From Gaiellales bacterium (GTDB lineage Bacteria; Actinomycetota; Thermoleophilia; Gaiellales; JAICJC01): DNA of 64,000 nt. The number at the start of each line of letters is the position of its first letter. Position 1 is the first letter of the stretch. Below are positions 17,992 to 26,600 of the stretch, one piece after another. The DNA is taken from contig DASSEV010000004.1 in the NCBI GenBank assembly GCA_035695105.1, forward strand, positions 21,757 through 85,756, in the 5' to 3' direction. Made by a program: the position numbers and the translations under genes. The notes beneath the pieces were generated by a model. It searched no databases, was not told where the DNA came from, and saw only the letters and a program-made list of their open reading frames with translations.

Positions 17992-18731
17992 GCCGTGCGG
18001 GCCGGCGCGGCGGCGATCACCTCCGCCAGCCAGGCGGTCCACGCCGCCCGGGTCGCCTCGCCGTCGACACCCGGGGCGAACAGATGATGTCCCGCGAACA
18101 CCGGCATGCCCATCCGGCCGCGGCCATAGAAGCGGTACAGCGCGTCATCGCCGCGGATGCCGATGAACATGTCGTTCAGGTAGTCCACGGTGCCGCTGAC
18201 GCGGCCGATCCCCGGCAGCTCGACGTCGACCCGGTCGCCGGCGGATCCGCCGTCACCGATCCCCAGGGCGGCGCGCACCGAGGCGAACGCCTCGTCGCCG
18301 AGCGCATCCGCCGGGCCGTCGGCGCCGATGTACGTGACCGAGCGCCCGGCGAAGTGCGCCAGGTACTCACCGAGGGAGTGCAGGTAGAAGTCGGTGTGCC
18401 GGTCGGCGCCGTCGTACTGGGTGTCCCAGTCGCCGGTCATGACGCCGCTGTGCACGTAGCGCAGGAGCGCACCGTCGCCACGCCGCTCGATCCGGTAGTC
18501 GAGCGAGTTGAACCATCCGTCCTGGCCGTCCACCCGCACGGAGAAGTGCCACGGCCGGTCGAGCGCCGTCACGGTGTGGCCGGCGAACTCCTCGCCGACC
18601 GCGCCGGGAGCGCCCTCGCCGGTCGGGAACATCCAGCCCGCGGTGCCGTTGCCGGTGGCGACGGCCTCGAACACCTGCTCGGGCGTTCCCGGCAGCTCCA
18701 CCTCTCGTCGGATCTCGAACTCGCGGCTCAT
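17988..18731 (-). CDS. SRPBCC / Aha1-like domain protein
   Basis: Track ORF 247 aa, MSREFEIRREVELPGTPEQVFEAVATGNGTAGWMFP... Coupled to the upstream ArsR-like gene by an ATGA overlap. Confidence 0.75.
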   Translation of the reverse strand: MSREFEIRREVELPGTPEQVFEAVATGNGTAGWMFPTGEGAPGAVGEEFAGHTVTALDRPWHFSVRVDGQDGWFNSLDYRIERRGDGALLRYVHSGVMTGDWDTQYDGADRHTDFYLHSLGEYLAHFAGRSVTYIGADGPADALGDEAFASVRAALGIGDGGSAGDRVDVELPGIGRVSGTVDYLNDMFIGIRGDDALYRFYGRGRMGMPVFAGHHLFAPGVDGEATRAAWTAWLAEVIAAAPARTA

Positions 18732-19327
18732 GCCTCGACCTCCTTCGTGTCCTTGCGGCGCGGGTGCAGCGCGACGACGAACCTGTGCCGCCGCCCGCCC
18801 GGAGCCGTCTCGTCGTGATACCTGCCCGCCAGCTCGGCGACGGCGTCGCCCAGCTCCTTCGCGAAGGCGGCCCGGTCGGCCGCGGTTGCGAACCGGATCT
18901 CCCCGTCGATCGCGTAGGTGGCCAGCGGCTGCCGAGCCGCCGACGCGCCGCCGATCAGCTCCCCGACGTCGCGCACGAGCCGCGCGGCCACGGCGAGCAG
19001 CCAGCGCGCGGACAGCTGGTCCCGCGCCTTATCGGGATCGGGCGCCACGTCGGGCAGCGCGGTCGGGCTGATCACGTAGGAGCGGGCGGTTGCTCGCAGC
19101 ACCCGCTCAGTGCAGTTGCCCCTGCGGCGCTCCTCGACCAGCTCCACCAGCCCGTGCCGCTCGAGCGCGCGGAGGTGGTAGTTGACCTTTTGCCGGCTGA
19201 GGCCGACGCGGGCGGCGAGGGTGGACGCGGAGCCCGGCTCTCCCAGCTCGGACAGCAGCCGTGCGCGCACGGGATCGAGCGAGACCTCTGCGGCGGCCGG
19301 GTCGTCGATGACGGCGACGTCGATCAT
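18728..19327 (-). CDS. ArsR-family winged-HTH transcriptional regulator with C-terminal extension
   Basis: 199 aa, MIDVAVIDDPAAAEVSLDPVRARLLSELGEPGSASTLAARVGLSRQKVNYHLRALERHGLVE..., the C-terminal part of track ORF 18728..21637. The rest of that ORF is antisense noise. Confidence 0.85.
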   Translation of the reverse strand: MIDVAVIDDPAAAEVSLDPVRARLLSELGEPGSASTLAARVGLSRQKVNYHLRALERHGLVELVEERRRGNCTERVLRATARSYVISPTALPDVAPDPDKARDQLSARWLLAVAARLVRDVGELIGGASAARQPLATYAIDGEIRFATAADRAAFAKELGDAVAELAGRYHDETAPGGRRHRFVVALHPRRKDTKEVEA

Positions 19328-19333
19328 GAGTCG

Positions 19334-19373
19334 ATCATGCCACCGAAAACTTTCATTGTCAAGACATTCTTGA
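19334..19373 (-). promoter_or_regulatory. Putative leaderless promoter plus inverted-repeat operator of the ArsR-like operon
   Basis: Minus strand: TTGACA (19362-19357), 17 nt, CATGAT (19339-19334), 6 nt, ATG (19327). A perfect IR TCAAGA-cat-TCTTGA (19359-19373) overlaps the -35 element. Confidence 0.4.
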
Positions 19374-19540
19374 TCGTCGGCGAAGAGGCGGACACTCGAT
19401 CGCCGGATCGGGTGATGCCAACACCCCTGCCCGGGGAGTGGTTGCGCCGCCCGGCGCGAAGCAGGCTGAGCACACGGGTGCAGGCTTCCGCGGGCGCCCG
19501 CCGGGTCTTTCGCCGGACAACCTGAACTGGGAGGTCCTCC

Positions 19541-21556
19541 GTGCGCAGAGCGTGGGGTCGGCTGGTATGTGGGTGCGTCGTCGCGAGCATCGCCGCGACG
19601 GCGACGAGCGCCGTGGCTGCCGTTCCGCCCGCGCTGGTGACGGCGACGACCTCGGGCGCGCCGGCGAACGAGACCGCCGCACAGGACGGCATCTCGACCT
19701 CGGCCGACGGCAGCCTGGTGACGTTCGTGTCCGGGTCGTCCTCGCTCGTCGGCGACGACACGAACGGCGTGCGCGACGTGTTCGTGCGCAACGTTGACAC
19801 CGGCGTCACGACCCGCGTATCCGTGGGCGACAACGGCCAGGCCAACGGCGCATCCTCGAACGCCCGGATCAGCGCGGACGGCCGCTACGTCGTGTTCACG
19901 TCGCAGGCGAGCAACCTGGTGGCCGGCGACACCAACGGCGTGTCCGACGTCTTCCTGCGCGATCTCGCCGCCGGCACCACCACCCGGCTGAGCGTCTCCG
20001 CCGGCGGCGTTCAGGGCAACGCGGCCAGCGGGGAGTCCGCAAGCGGCATCAGCGCCGACGGCAGCACGGTCAGCTTCTCGTCCAGCGCGTCGAACCTGGT
20101 GGACAACGACACCAACCACATCCGCGACGTGTTCGTGTGGTCGCGGAGCGGCGGAATCGAGCGGGCGAGCGTCGCATCCGACGGCAGCCAGGCCAGCGCC
20201 GGCTCCTCGGACGCCTCGTCCCTCTCGGCCGACGGCCGTCTGGTCGCCTTCACCTCGACGGCGCCGAACCTGGTCGCGGGCGATACCAACCTGGCCGCGG
20301 ACGTCTTCGTCCACGATCGCACCACCGGCACCACACAGCGGGTCAGCGTCACGTCGGCCGGCGACCAGTCGCCCTCGGCGTCCAGCCTCCAGCCGGGCGG
20401 CATCTCCGACAACGGCCGCGTGGTGGTGTTCGACACCTCGGCGGCACTGGTGCCCGGGGACACCGGCGGAACGGACGTGTACGCGCGCGACCTGGCTGCC
20501 GGCACGACCGAGCGGGTCAGCGTCTCCAGCTCGGGCGCGGGCGCAAACGGCAACTCGTCCGCCGCGTCCGTCTCGAACGACGGCCGCTACGTGGCGTTCC
20601 AGTCGTCGGCCACGAACCTCGACCCTGCCGACACCGGTGGCGACCTCGACGTCTTCGTCCGCGACAGGGTCGCAGGCATCACACGCCTGGTCTCGACGTC
20701 CGCCCAGGCAACGCAGGTCAGCCAGAGCCCGGCGATCTCCTCGGACGGCCGCTACATCGCGCTGGCCACGACGGCGGGCGACATCGTCGCCGGCGATACG
20801 GCGAAGAGCTTCGGGCAGGGCTGGGACGTGATCCGGTTCGGCTCGCCGTTCGACGTGGTGGTCGACAGCACGCCGCCCGACGTCCAGTGCGCGCCCGATG
20901 ACGGCTCCTGGCACGCCGGCAACGTCACGCTGCAGTGCACGGCCACCGACTCGGGCACGGGGCTGGCGGATCCCGGCCAGGCCGCCTTCGCGCTCTCCAC
21001 CAGCGTGGCGGACGGAACCGAGACGGCGGATGCCGCGACCGGATCGGTGCAGGTCTGTGACTGGGCCGGCAACTGCACGCAGGCCGGTCCCGTGACCGGC
21101 ATCCACGTCGACCTGGCGCAGCCGGTGATCACCATCGCCGCGCCCGTCGACAGCGCGGCGTTCGATCAGGGCGCCGCGGTGAGCGCTGCCTACAGCTGCA
21201 CCGACGGCGGTTCCGGCGTGGCGGCCTGCAGCGGCCCGGTCGCCGACGGGGGTGCGATCGACACCTCGACGTCGGGATCGGACACGTTCACCGTCACGGC
21301 CACCGATGCGGCCGGCAACACGGCGACCGCGACGGTGAGCTACACCGTCAACGCTCCCCCGCCCACCGGCGGCACGAGCGGTGGCGATACCGGCGGAACG
21401 ACCGGTGGGGACGAGGGCGGTGGCGACACTGGCTGTCGCGACCACGGCCGCTGCCGCGATCACGGCCACCACCGCGGGTGGGACAGCCACCGGCACCACG
21501 GCCACGATCATGGCCACGGCCGTGACTGGGGACACGGCCGGCACGATCATCGCTGA
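19541..21556 (+). CDS. Secreted PD40/TolB-like beta-propeller repeat protein with Ig-like region, Gly-rich linker and His-rich C-terminal tail
   Basis: Track ORF 671 aa. GTG start after GGGAGG; signal peptide present. About 7 repeats of S.DGR.V.F.S.A.NLV.GDTN...DVF.RD...G.T.RVS. Tail reads CRDHGRCRDHGHHRGWDSHRHHGHDHGHGRDWGHGRHDHR. Confidence 0.85.
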   Translation: MRRAWGRLVCGCVVASIAATATSAVAAVPPALVTATTSGAPANETAAQDGISTSADGSLVTFVSGSSSLVGDDTNGVRDVFVRNVDTGVTTRVSVGDNGQANGASSNARISADGRYVVFTSQASNLVAGDTNGVSDVFLRDLAAGTTTRLSVSAGGVQGNAASGESASGISADGSTVSFSSSASNLVDNDTNHIRDVFVWSRSGGIERASVASDGSQASAGSSDASSLSADGRLVAFTSTAPNLVAGDTNLAADVFVHDRTTGTTQRVSVTSAGDQSPSASSLQPGGISDNGRVVVFDTSAALVPGDTGGTDVYARDLAAGTTERVSVSSSGAGANGNSSAASVSNDGRYVAFQSSATNLDPADTGGDLDVFVRDRVAGITRLVSTSAQATQVSQSPAISSDGRYIALATTAGDIVAGDTAKSFGQGWDVIRFGSPFDVVVDSTPPDVQCAPDDGSWHAGNVTLQCTATDSGTGLADPGQAAFALSTSVADGTETADAATGSVQVCDWAGNCTQAGPVTGIHVDLAQPVITIAAPVDSAAFDQGAAVSAAYSCTDGGSGVAACSGPVADGGAIDTSTSGSDTFTVTATDAAGNTATATVSYTVNAPPPTGGTSGGDTGGTTGGDEGGGDTGCRDHGRCRDHGHHRGWDSHRHHGHDHGHGRDWGHGRHDHR

Positions 21557-21589
21557 GGATCCGCCGGACGGGGCGATGACTATCGGGCT

Positions 21590-21620
21590 CCGCCGTGGTC
21601 TCATAGGGTGACCACGGCGG
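21590..21620 (+). terminator. Hairpin downstream of the beta-propeller gene
   Basis: 11-bp perfect stem CCGCCGTGGTC / GACCACGGCGG with a 9-nt loop. No U-tract. Confidence 0.45.
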
Positions 21621-21649
21621 GTACCCGCCCCGACCACTCAGGAGGATCC

Positions 21650-22015
21650 ATGGCAGGCGAGATCGTGCACCTCGAGATCCCGGCGGACGACACCGGTGCG
21701 AGCCGCGAGTTCTGGGGCTCGCTGTTCGGCTGGCAGTTCGAGAGCTATCCGGGGCCGTCGGAGTACCACATGACCCGCATCGCCCAGTCCCAGGGCGGCG
21801 CCATCACGAACATGGAGCCGGGCAAGAAGGGCATGCGGCCCTACTTCAGCGTCGAGGACATCAACGCAGGAGCGGCCCGGGTTCGCGAGCTGGGAGGGGA
21901 CGCGAGCGACCCGATGCCGGTGCCCAGCATGGGCTGGTTCGTCACGGGAACCGACCCGCAGGGCAACGAGTTCGGCCTCTGGCAGAACGACCCGTCGGCG
22001 CAGATGCCCGGCTGA
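21650..22015 (+). CDS. VOC (glyoxalase/bleomycin-resistance fold) family protein
   Basis: Track ORF 21608..22015. ATG at 21650 follows CAGGAGGATCC. Reads MAGEIVHLEIPADDTGASREFWGSLFGWQFE... Confidence 0.8.
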   Translation: MAGEIVHLEIPADDTGASREFWGSLFGWQFESYPGPSEYHMTRIAQSQGGAITNMEPGKKGMRPYFSVEDINAGAARVRELGGDASDPMPVPSMGWFVTGTDPQGNEFGLWQNDPSAQMPG

Positions 22016-22026
22016 CCCGGCGATCC

Positions 22027-22055
22027 GTGGGGCCGGCCGCGAGGGCCGGCCCCAC
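22027..22055. terminator. GC-rich hairpin (12-bp stem) after the VOC gene
   Basis: GTGGGGCCGGCC-gcgag-GGCCGGCCCCAC, a perfect 12-bp stem. Confidence 0.5.
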
Positions 22056-22079
22056 GTGCTGCGTTTGCGGCGTTGCCAG

Positions 22080-22292
22080 ATGGGCATGCAGGCGCAGATG
22101 ATCCACCGCATGCTCTTCGTCCTGTTCTGGGTCTTCTTCCAGGCGCTCAGCCTGCTGAACGGCTGGGGCGGCCTCGTCGGCTACCTGCTGGCGCCGCTGG
22201 CGCTGGCCGCGCTGCTGGCGGGCCTGGTGGCCGCGATCACCCGCTACGCCGAGACCGTGGACGACGGCGATTCCCTGCACCCCGGCTCCTGA
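22080..22292 (+). CDS. Small two-TM membrane protein (hypothetical)
   Basis: Track ORF 22056..22292, MGMQAQMIHRMLFVLFWVFFQALSLLNGWGGLVGYLLAPLALAALLAGLVAAI... Hydrophobic; start uncertain. Confidence 0.4.
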   Translation: MGMQAQMIHRMLFVLFWVFFQALSLLNGWGGLVGYLLAPLALAALLAGLVAAITRYAETVDDGDSLHPGS

Positions 22293-22384
22293 GCCGGCTC
22301 ACGGACAGGTCGGCGCTCGCCCAGTGCTCGAGCAGCACGTAGCGGCGCGCCCATGAAGACGTCCGTGTGGCGCGAGCACGGCCG

Positions 22385-23635
22385 TCAGCCCCAGCGCCCC
22401 GGATGGAACGGCTCGACCCACGCAGGCGATCGGCCGGCGACGAGTTCCGCGACGGCCATGCCGGTCGCCGGTGCGAGCGTGATGCCGAGCATGCCGTGCC
22501 CGGTCGCGAGCAGCAGGCCGGGCCGGGGACCTGCGGGGCCGATCAGCGGCAGGCTGTCCGGCGTCGACGGCCGGAAGCCCGCCCACCCGGTGTCGGCAGG
22601 GTCGGACTGCAGCCGGTCGGGATGCGCGAGGAAGCCGCGCGTCTCACCGATCAGCTGCTTCGCCCGGCGGGCGGACGGCGACCCGTCGCGGGCTCCGATC
22701 TCGAAGAAGCCGGCGATGCGGAGGCCGCGCTCGAACGGGGAAAGCCCCAGCTTCGGCTCGCAGAGATAGATCGGCAGTCCCATCGCCGGCTCGGGCATGG
22801 GCACCGTGATCGAGTAGCCCTTGGCCGCGAGGATCGGCACGTCGACGCCGAGCGGCCGTACGAGCCGATCGGTGGCGAGCGCGGTGCAGAGCACGACGTG
22901 CGACCCCTCGAGGCGATCGCCGCCGTCCAGCTCGGCCGCCCACCCGGCCGCCGACGGAGCGAGCGCCGCGACCCGCGCGTGCTCACGCACCTCGGCACCG
23001 TTGTCGCGAAGCCACGCGACGAGGCCGTCGGCCAGAGTGATTGGGTCGACGTGACGGTCGATGGTCGTGCGGGTGCCCACCCGCACGGCCGGCCCCAGTG
23101 CCGGCTCGAGCTCGCGAGCGGCATCGCCGTCGAGACGCTCCAGGCCGCCCTCGAACCCGAGCGCGCGCAGCTCGTCGAAGACCAGGTCGAACCAGTGCAG
23201 TCCGTCGTCATCCTTCGCGACCGCGAGCAGGCCCGCTGCGTGCTGCTCGAACCGGACGCCGGACTCCCGCATGGCGTCGAGCCCGGTGAGCGAGCGCCGG
23301 GTCATCTCGAGCAGCGCGGCGACGCCGTGGCGAAACGGCTCCGGGCTGCTGGAGCGTGTGAACCGCCACAGCCAGCGCACCCAGTCGAGGTCGAGGCGCG
23401 GGCGGATGGAGAGTGCACCCTCGGGGTCGAGCGCCGAGCGGATGCCCGTACGGACGATGCCCGGCGCCGCCAGCGGAGTCCCCAGACTGGGCGATATCCA
23501 GCCCGTATTGCCTGCGGAGGCACCACGCCCGCACTGCCCGGCCTCGATGACGGCGACCTGGTGGCCGGCGTCGAGGCACGCGTACGCCACGGACAGTCCG
23601 ACCACGCCACCCCCGACCACGACGACCGTGCTCAC
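22385..23635 (-). CDS. FAD-dependent oxidoreductase (D-amino-acid dehydrogenase-like, DAO family)
   Basis: Track ORF 22385..23689. The dinucleotide-binding motif VVVVGGGVVGLSVAYAC is at the N-terminus. GTG at 23635 (VSTVVVVGGG) is preferred; an alternative GTG is at 23689. Confidence 0.8.
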   Translation of the reverse strand: MSTVVVVGGGVVGLSVAYACLDAGHQVAVIEAGQCGRGASAGNTGWISPSLGTPLAAPGIVRTGIRSALDPEGALSIRPRLDLDWVRWLWRFTRSSSPEPFRHGVAALLEMTRRSLTGLDAMRESGVRFEQHAAGLLAVAKDDDGLHWFDLVFDELRALGFEGGLERLDGDAARELEPALGPAVRVGTRTTIDRHVDPITLADGLVAWLRDNGAEVREHARVAALAPSAAGWAAELDGGDRLEGSHVVLCTALATDRLVRPLGVDVPILAAKGYSITVPMPEPAMGLPIYLCEPKLGLSPFERGLRIAGFFEIGARDGSPSARRAKQLIGETRGFLAHPDRLQSDPADTGWAGFRPSTPDSLPLIGPAGPRPGLLLATGHGMLGITLAPATGMAVAELVAGRSPAWVEPFHPGRWG

Positions 23636-23847
23636 CGACCGATGTTCCCATATGGGCGCGTCCGAGGCGGGGCGCGTGCGCGCATGCACCGGGGGCCGAC
23701 TGCCCCTAGATGCAGCTCACGACCGATCTGCGATCACGCGGATCGGGACGGGCAGTCCCACCGACCGCAGCCCCAGCACAGTAGGCAACCACCAACAGAC
23801 GGGCGATCAGGCGTGCGGCGTCGTGGAATCACTCATCTGGACGGAGC

Positions 23848-24309
23848 CTACGACGGCTTGGTCGTCATCGCCCAGGTCGCGACGATGTAGGCGATCACGA
23901 GCAGCAGCGAGATGGCCGTGGCCACCTTGGTCAGCGCGCTCATCCCGCCCTCGCGAGACCGCCTCGCGCCGATGTTCGCGATGATGATTGCGATCAGGAG
24001 CAGCAGGCCGCCGAAGTCGGCGACCGCGAAGCCGATGCCAATCCAGTTGGCCTTGCTGTTGCTCAGGTGCTCCTTCGAGAGCGCCCACGCGGCGGCTCCG
24101 CGCATCACGAAGTACGACGGAAGCGCGGCGAACAGCAGCGTCCGCGCGCCGAAGCGCTGCAGCGACGCGGCGGCGCCGGCGTCGGCTGTCCGCCAGCCCT
24201 GGAGGAGGACGGCGGCAACGACGGTGATCGAGGCCACCAGCGCCATCGCGCCCGCGACATGCACGAGCACCGGGAGATTCCACGAATCGGGCCGGATCAT
24301 CAGGATCAT
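23848..24309 (-). CDS. Integral membrane protein (4 TM, hypothetical)
   Basis: 153 aa, MILMIRPDSWNLPVLVHVAGAMALVAS..., the C-terminal part of track ORF 23848..24765. ATGA overlap with the upstream gene. Confidence 0.65.
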   Translation of the reverse strand: MILMIRPDSWNLPVLVHVAGAMALVASITVVAAVLLQGWRTADAGAAASLQRFGARTLLFAALPSYFVMRGAAAWALSKEHLSNSKANWIGIGFAVADFGGLLLLIAIIIANIGARRSREGGMSALTKVATAISLLLVIAYIVATWAMTTKPS

Positions 24310-24740
24310 GAGGCGCCCGGCTTGTAGACCATGTCGATCAGAATCGCCGCCACGACGAGCACCAGCAGCAGGTGCGTCATGAAGGTGGTCGAGTCGACGG
24401 CGAGGGTGCCGTCGGCTCGCGCCCTGCGGTAGCCGGCGCTGATCCGGCCGCTGAGCCCGGCTCCCACGAACCACAGAACGATCGCCGCGATGATCCACCC
24501 GTTGGTCAGCGAATAGCCGCTTACATGCACCGCCAGCCATATGCCGAAGACGATCGTGCCCAACCCGCCGATCGCAGCCAGCACGCCGGCGAGGGGCACG
24601 AGCGAGCTCGCCGCACCGGTCTGGCGGCCGCCGCGGAGCGCGAGAGCGATCGCGACCATGATCCCCACCGAGGTGACCAGCGCGAACGCCGAGAGCACGT
24701 GCAGAAACAGGAGCGTGCCGTAGCTCATCGGCGCGGACAC
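24306..24740 (-). CDS. Integral membrane protein (DUF2269-like)
   Basis: Track ORF 144 aa, MSAPMSYGTLLFLHVLSAFALVTSVG... 4 TM helices. The family name is from memory. Confidence 0.6.
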   Translation of the reverse strand: MSAPMSYGTLLFLHVLSAFALVTSVGIMVAIALALRGGRQTGAASSLVPLAGVLAAIGGLGTIVFGIWLAVHVSGYSLTNGWIIAAIVLWFVGAGLSGRISAGYRRARADGTLAVDSTTFMTHLLLVLVVAAILIDMVYKPGAS

Positions 24741-24780
24741 TACCGGGTCGGGCCGACGCCGCCAAGGCCGGCGTCGGTCC

Positions 24781-25641
24781 TCAGCTGATCACGCGGCGCC
24801 GGAAGTTGCGGATGCCGACCGCGAGGAAGAACGCGGAGAAGCCGATCAGCGCCGGATATACCGCCCACAGCGACATGTGGCTGGAGGATGTCAGCGCCGC
24901 ACGGGTGCCCTCGTTGATGTAGACCAGCGGGTTGATCAGCACCACCACCTGGAGCCAGGGGAAGCCGGCCGCCTTCACCGGCTCGAGCGTCGTCCAGGCG
25001 TAATAGGTGCCGCCCAGGAAGGTGAGCGGCAAGATGATGATGCCGAACATCAGCGGCACGTTCCGGGGATCGAAGATCGTCCCGAACGTGAGGCCGAGCG
25101 CCGAGCAGGTGATGCAGGCCAGCGGCACGAGCGTCAGCAGCGTCAGCCAGTGCACCGACAGGTTGATGTGGATGTAGCTCGCGTGCACCACCGATGCGAT
25201 CGGGAACACCAGCGCGGCTGCGAACAGCCCCTGCAGCGCTCCGAACACCACCTTCTCCACCGCGACGAACTCCACTGGCAGCGGCGCCAGCACGCGGTCC
25301 TCGATCTCGCGCGTGAACCCGAACTCCTGCACCAGCGGCAGCGCCACCGCCTGGATGCCCTGGAACATGATAGAGAGCCCCACGACCCCGGCGACGAGCA
25401 CGGTCGCGAAGGCCGACTCGCCCGCAGGGCCGCGCGCGCCGCCGACGCCGGTGCCGATCGTCGGGAACACGTAGAGGAAGACGAAGCAGAGCAGGAACGG
25501 CTGCACCAGCGTCCGTGGGATGAACTCCCGCAGCCGCTTGCGAAGGACGACGAGGTCGCGCAGCAGGAGTGCCGCGAACGCCGTCCGGCTGGACGCGAGC
25601 GTCGAGCGGGTGTCGAAGACGGGCGCGGTCGCGGTCGCCAT
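24781..25641 (-). CDS. ABC-2 type transporter permease
   Basis: 286 aa, MATATAPVFDTRSTLASSRTAFAALLLRDLVVLRKRLREFIPR..., the C-terminal part of track ORF 24781..28002. 6 TM helices. The start overlaps the ATPase stop. Confidence 0.85.
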   Translation of the reverse strand: MATATAPVFDTRSTLASSRTAFAALLLRDLVVLRKRLREFIPRTLVQPFLLCFVFLYVFPTIGTGVGGARGPAGESAFATVLVAGVVGLSIMFQGIQAVALPLVQEFGFTREIEDRVLAPLPVEFVAVEKVVFGALQGLFAAALVFPIASVVHASYIHINLSVHWLTLLTLVPLACITCSALGLTFGTIFDPRNVPLMFGIIILPLTFLGGTYYAWTTLEPVKAAGFPWLQVVVLINPLVYINEGTRAALTSSSHMSLWAVYPALIGFSAFFLAVGIRNFRRRVIS

Positions 25642-26585
25642 CAGTCGCGGAGATCCTTTCCGGTGAGGTTGATGAACACGGTCTCGAGCGAGGGGGCGGC
25701 AACTCCCACGTCCCGCAGCTCGTAGCCGGCGCCCTCCGCGGCGTCGATCACCCGTACGAGCACGCGGTCGGTGCCGCGCACGGCGACCTGCACCGTGCCG
25801 TCCATGACCTTGGTCGAGTCGACGCCCTCGACTCCCTGCCGCAGCGCGCCGGCCAGCCCCTCCAGGTCGCCGTCGCTGGCGAGGGTGACGATGGTGTCTG
25901 CGTGCACGGAGCGCTTCAGCTCCTCGGGCGTGCCGAGGGCGAGGATCCGCCCGTGATCCATGATGCCGATCCGGTCGCAGAGCTGGTCGGCCTCCTCCAT
26001 GTAGTGCGTCGTCAGCACGACCGTCTGGCCGCTCTGGCGCAGGCCGGCGATCACCTCCCACAGGCCGATGCGCGACTGCGGGTCGAGCCCGGCCGTCGGC
26101 TCGTCCAGGAACAGGATCGCGGGGCGGTGCAGCAGCGCGCGGGCCACCATCAGCCGCTGCGCGAGGCCGCCGGACAGCGCCATCACCGGCGCCTGCGCAC
26201 GCTCGCCGAGCCGGAACTGCTCGAGCAGGTCGTCGGCTGCGCGCCGCGACTCGCGCGCCCCCATCCCGAAGAAGCGGCCGTGGAAGTAGAGGTTCTCCCA
26301 CACGCTGAGCGAGCGGTCGAGCGTGTTCGTCTGAGGCACGACGCCGATCAGCTGCTTGGCCACCGCGGGGTGGCGGACGACATCGACGCCGCCGACCAGC
26401 GCCTCGCCGGAGGTGGGGATGACGCGCGTCGTCAGCATGCTCGCGGTCGTCGTCTTCCCGGCGCCATTCGGGCCGAGGAGCCCGAAGATCTCGCCCTGCG
26501 GCACGGTCAGGCTCATGCCGTCGACAGCGGTGATGCCACCGGGGTAGACCTTCGTCAGGTCGGTGGTGACGATGGCCTCCGGCAC
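25641..26585 (-). CDS. ABC transporter ATP-binding protein (DrrA-like)
   Basis: Track ORF 314 aa. Walker A GPNGAGKTT, signature LSGGLAQR, Walker B ILFLDEPTAGLD. Confidence 0.93.
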   Translation of the reverse strand: MPEAIVTTDLTKVYPGGITAVDGMSLTVPQGEIFGLLGPNGAGKTTTASMLTTRVIPTSGEALVGGVDVVRHPAVAKQLIGVVPQTNTLDRSLSVWENLYFHGRFFGMGARESRRAADDLLEQFRLGERAQAPVMALSGGLAQRLMVARALLHRPAILFLDEPTAGLDPQSRIGLWEVIAGLRQSGQTVVLTTHYMEEADQLCDRIGIMDHGRILALGTPEELKRSVHADTIVTLASDGDLEGLAGALRQGVEGVDSTKVMDGTVQVAVRGTDRVLVRVIDAAEGAGYELRDVGVAAPSLETVFINLTGKDLRD

Positions 26586-26600
26586 GGGGCGGGAGGATAG

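Noticed and set aside
19328-21637. The 5' two-thirds of track ORF 18728..21637 (-, 969 aa), antisense to the beta-propeller gene.
   Set aside because: Only the last 199 aa (the ArsR-like protein) look real. The plus-strand frame carries the clear PD40 repeat periodicity and a signal peptide.
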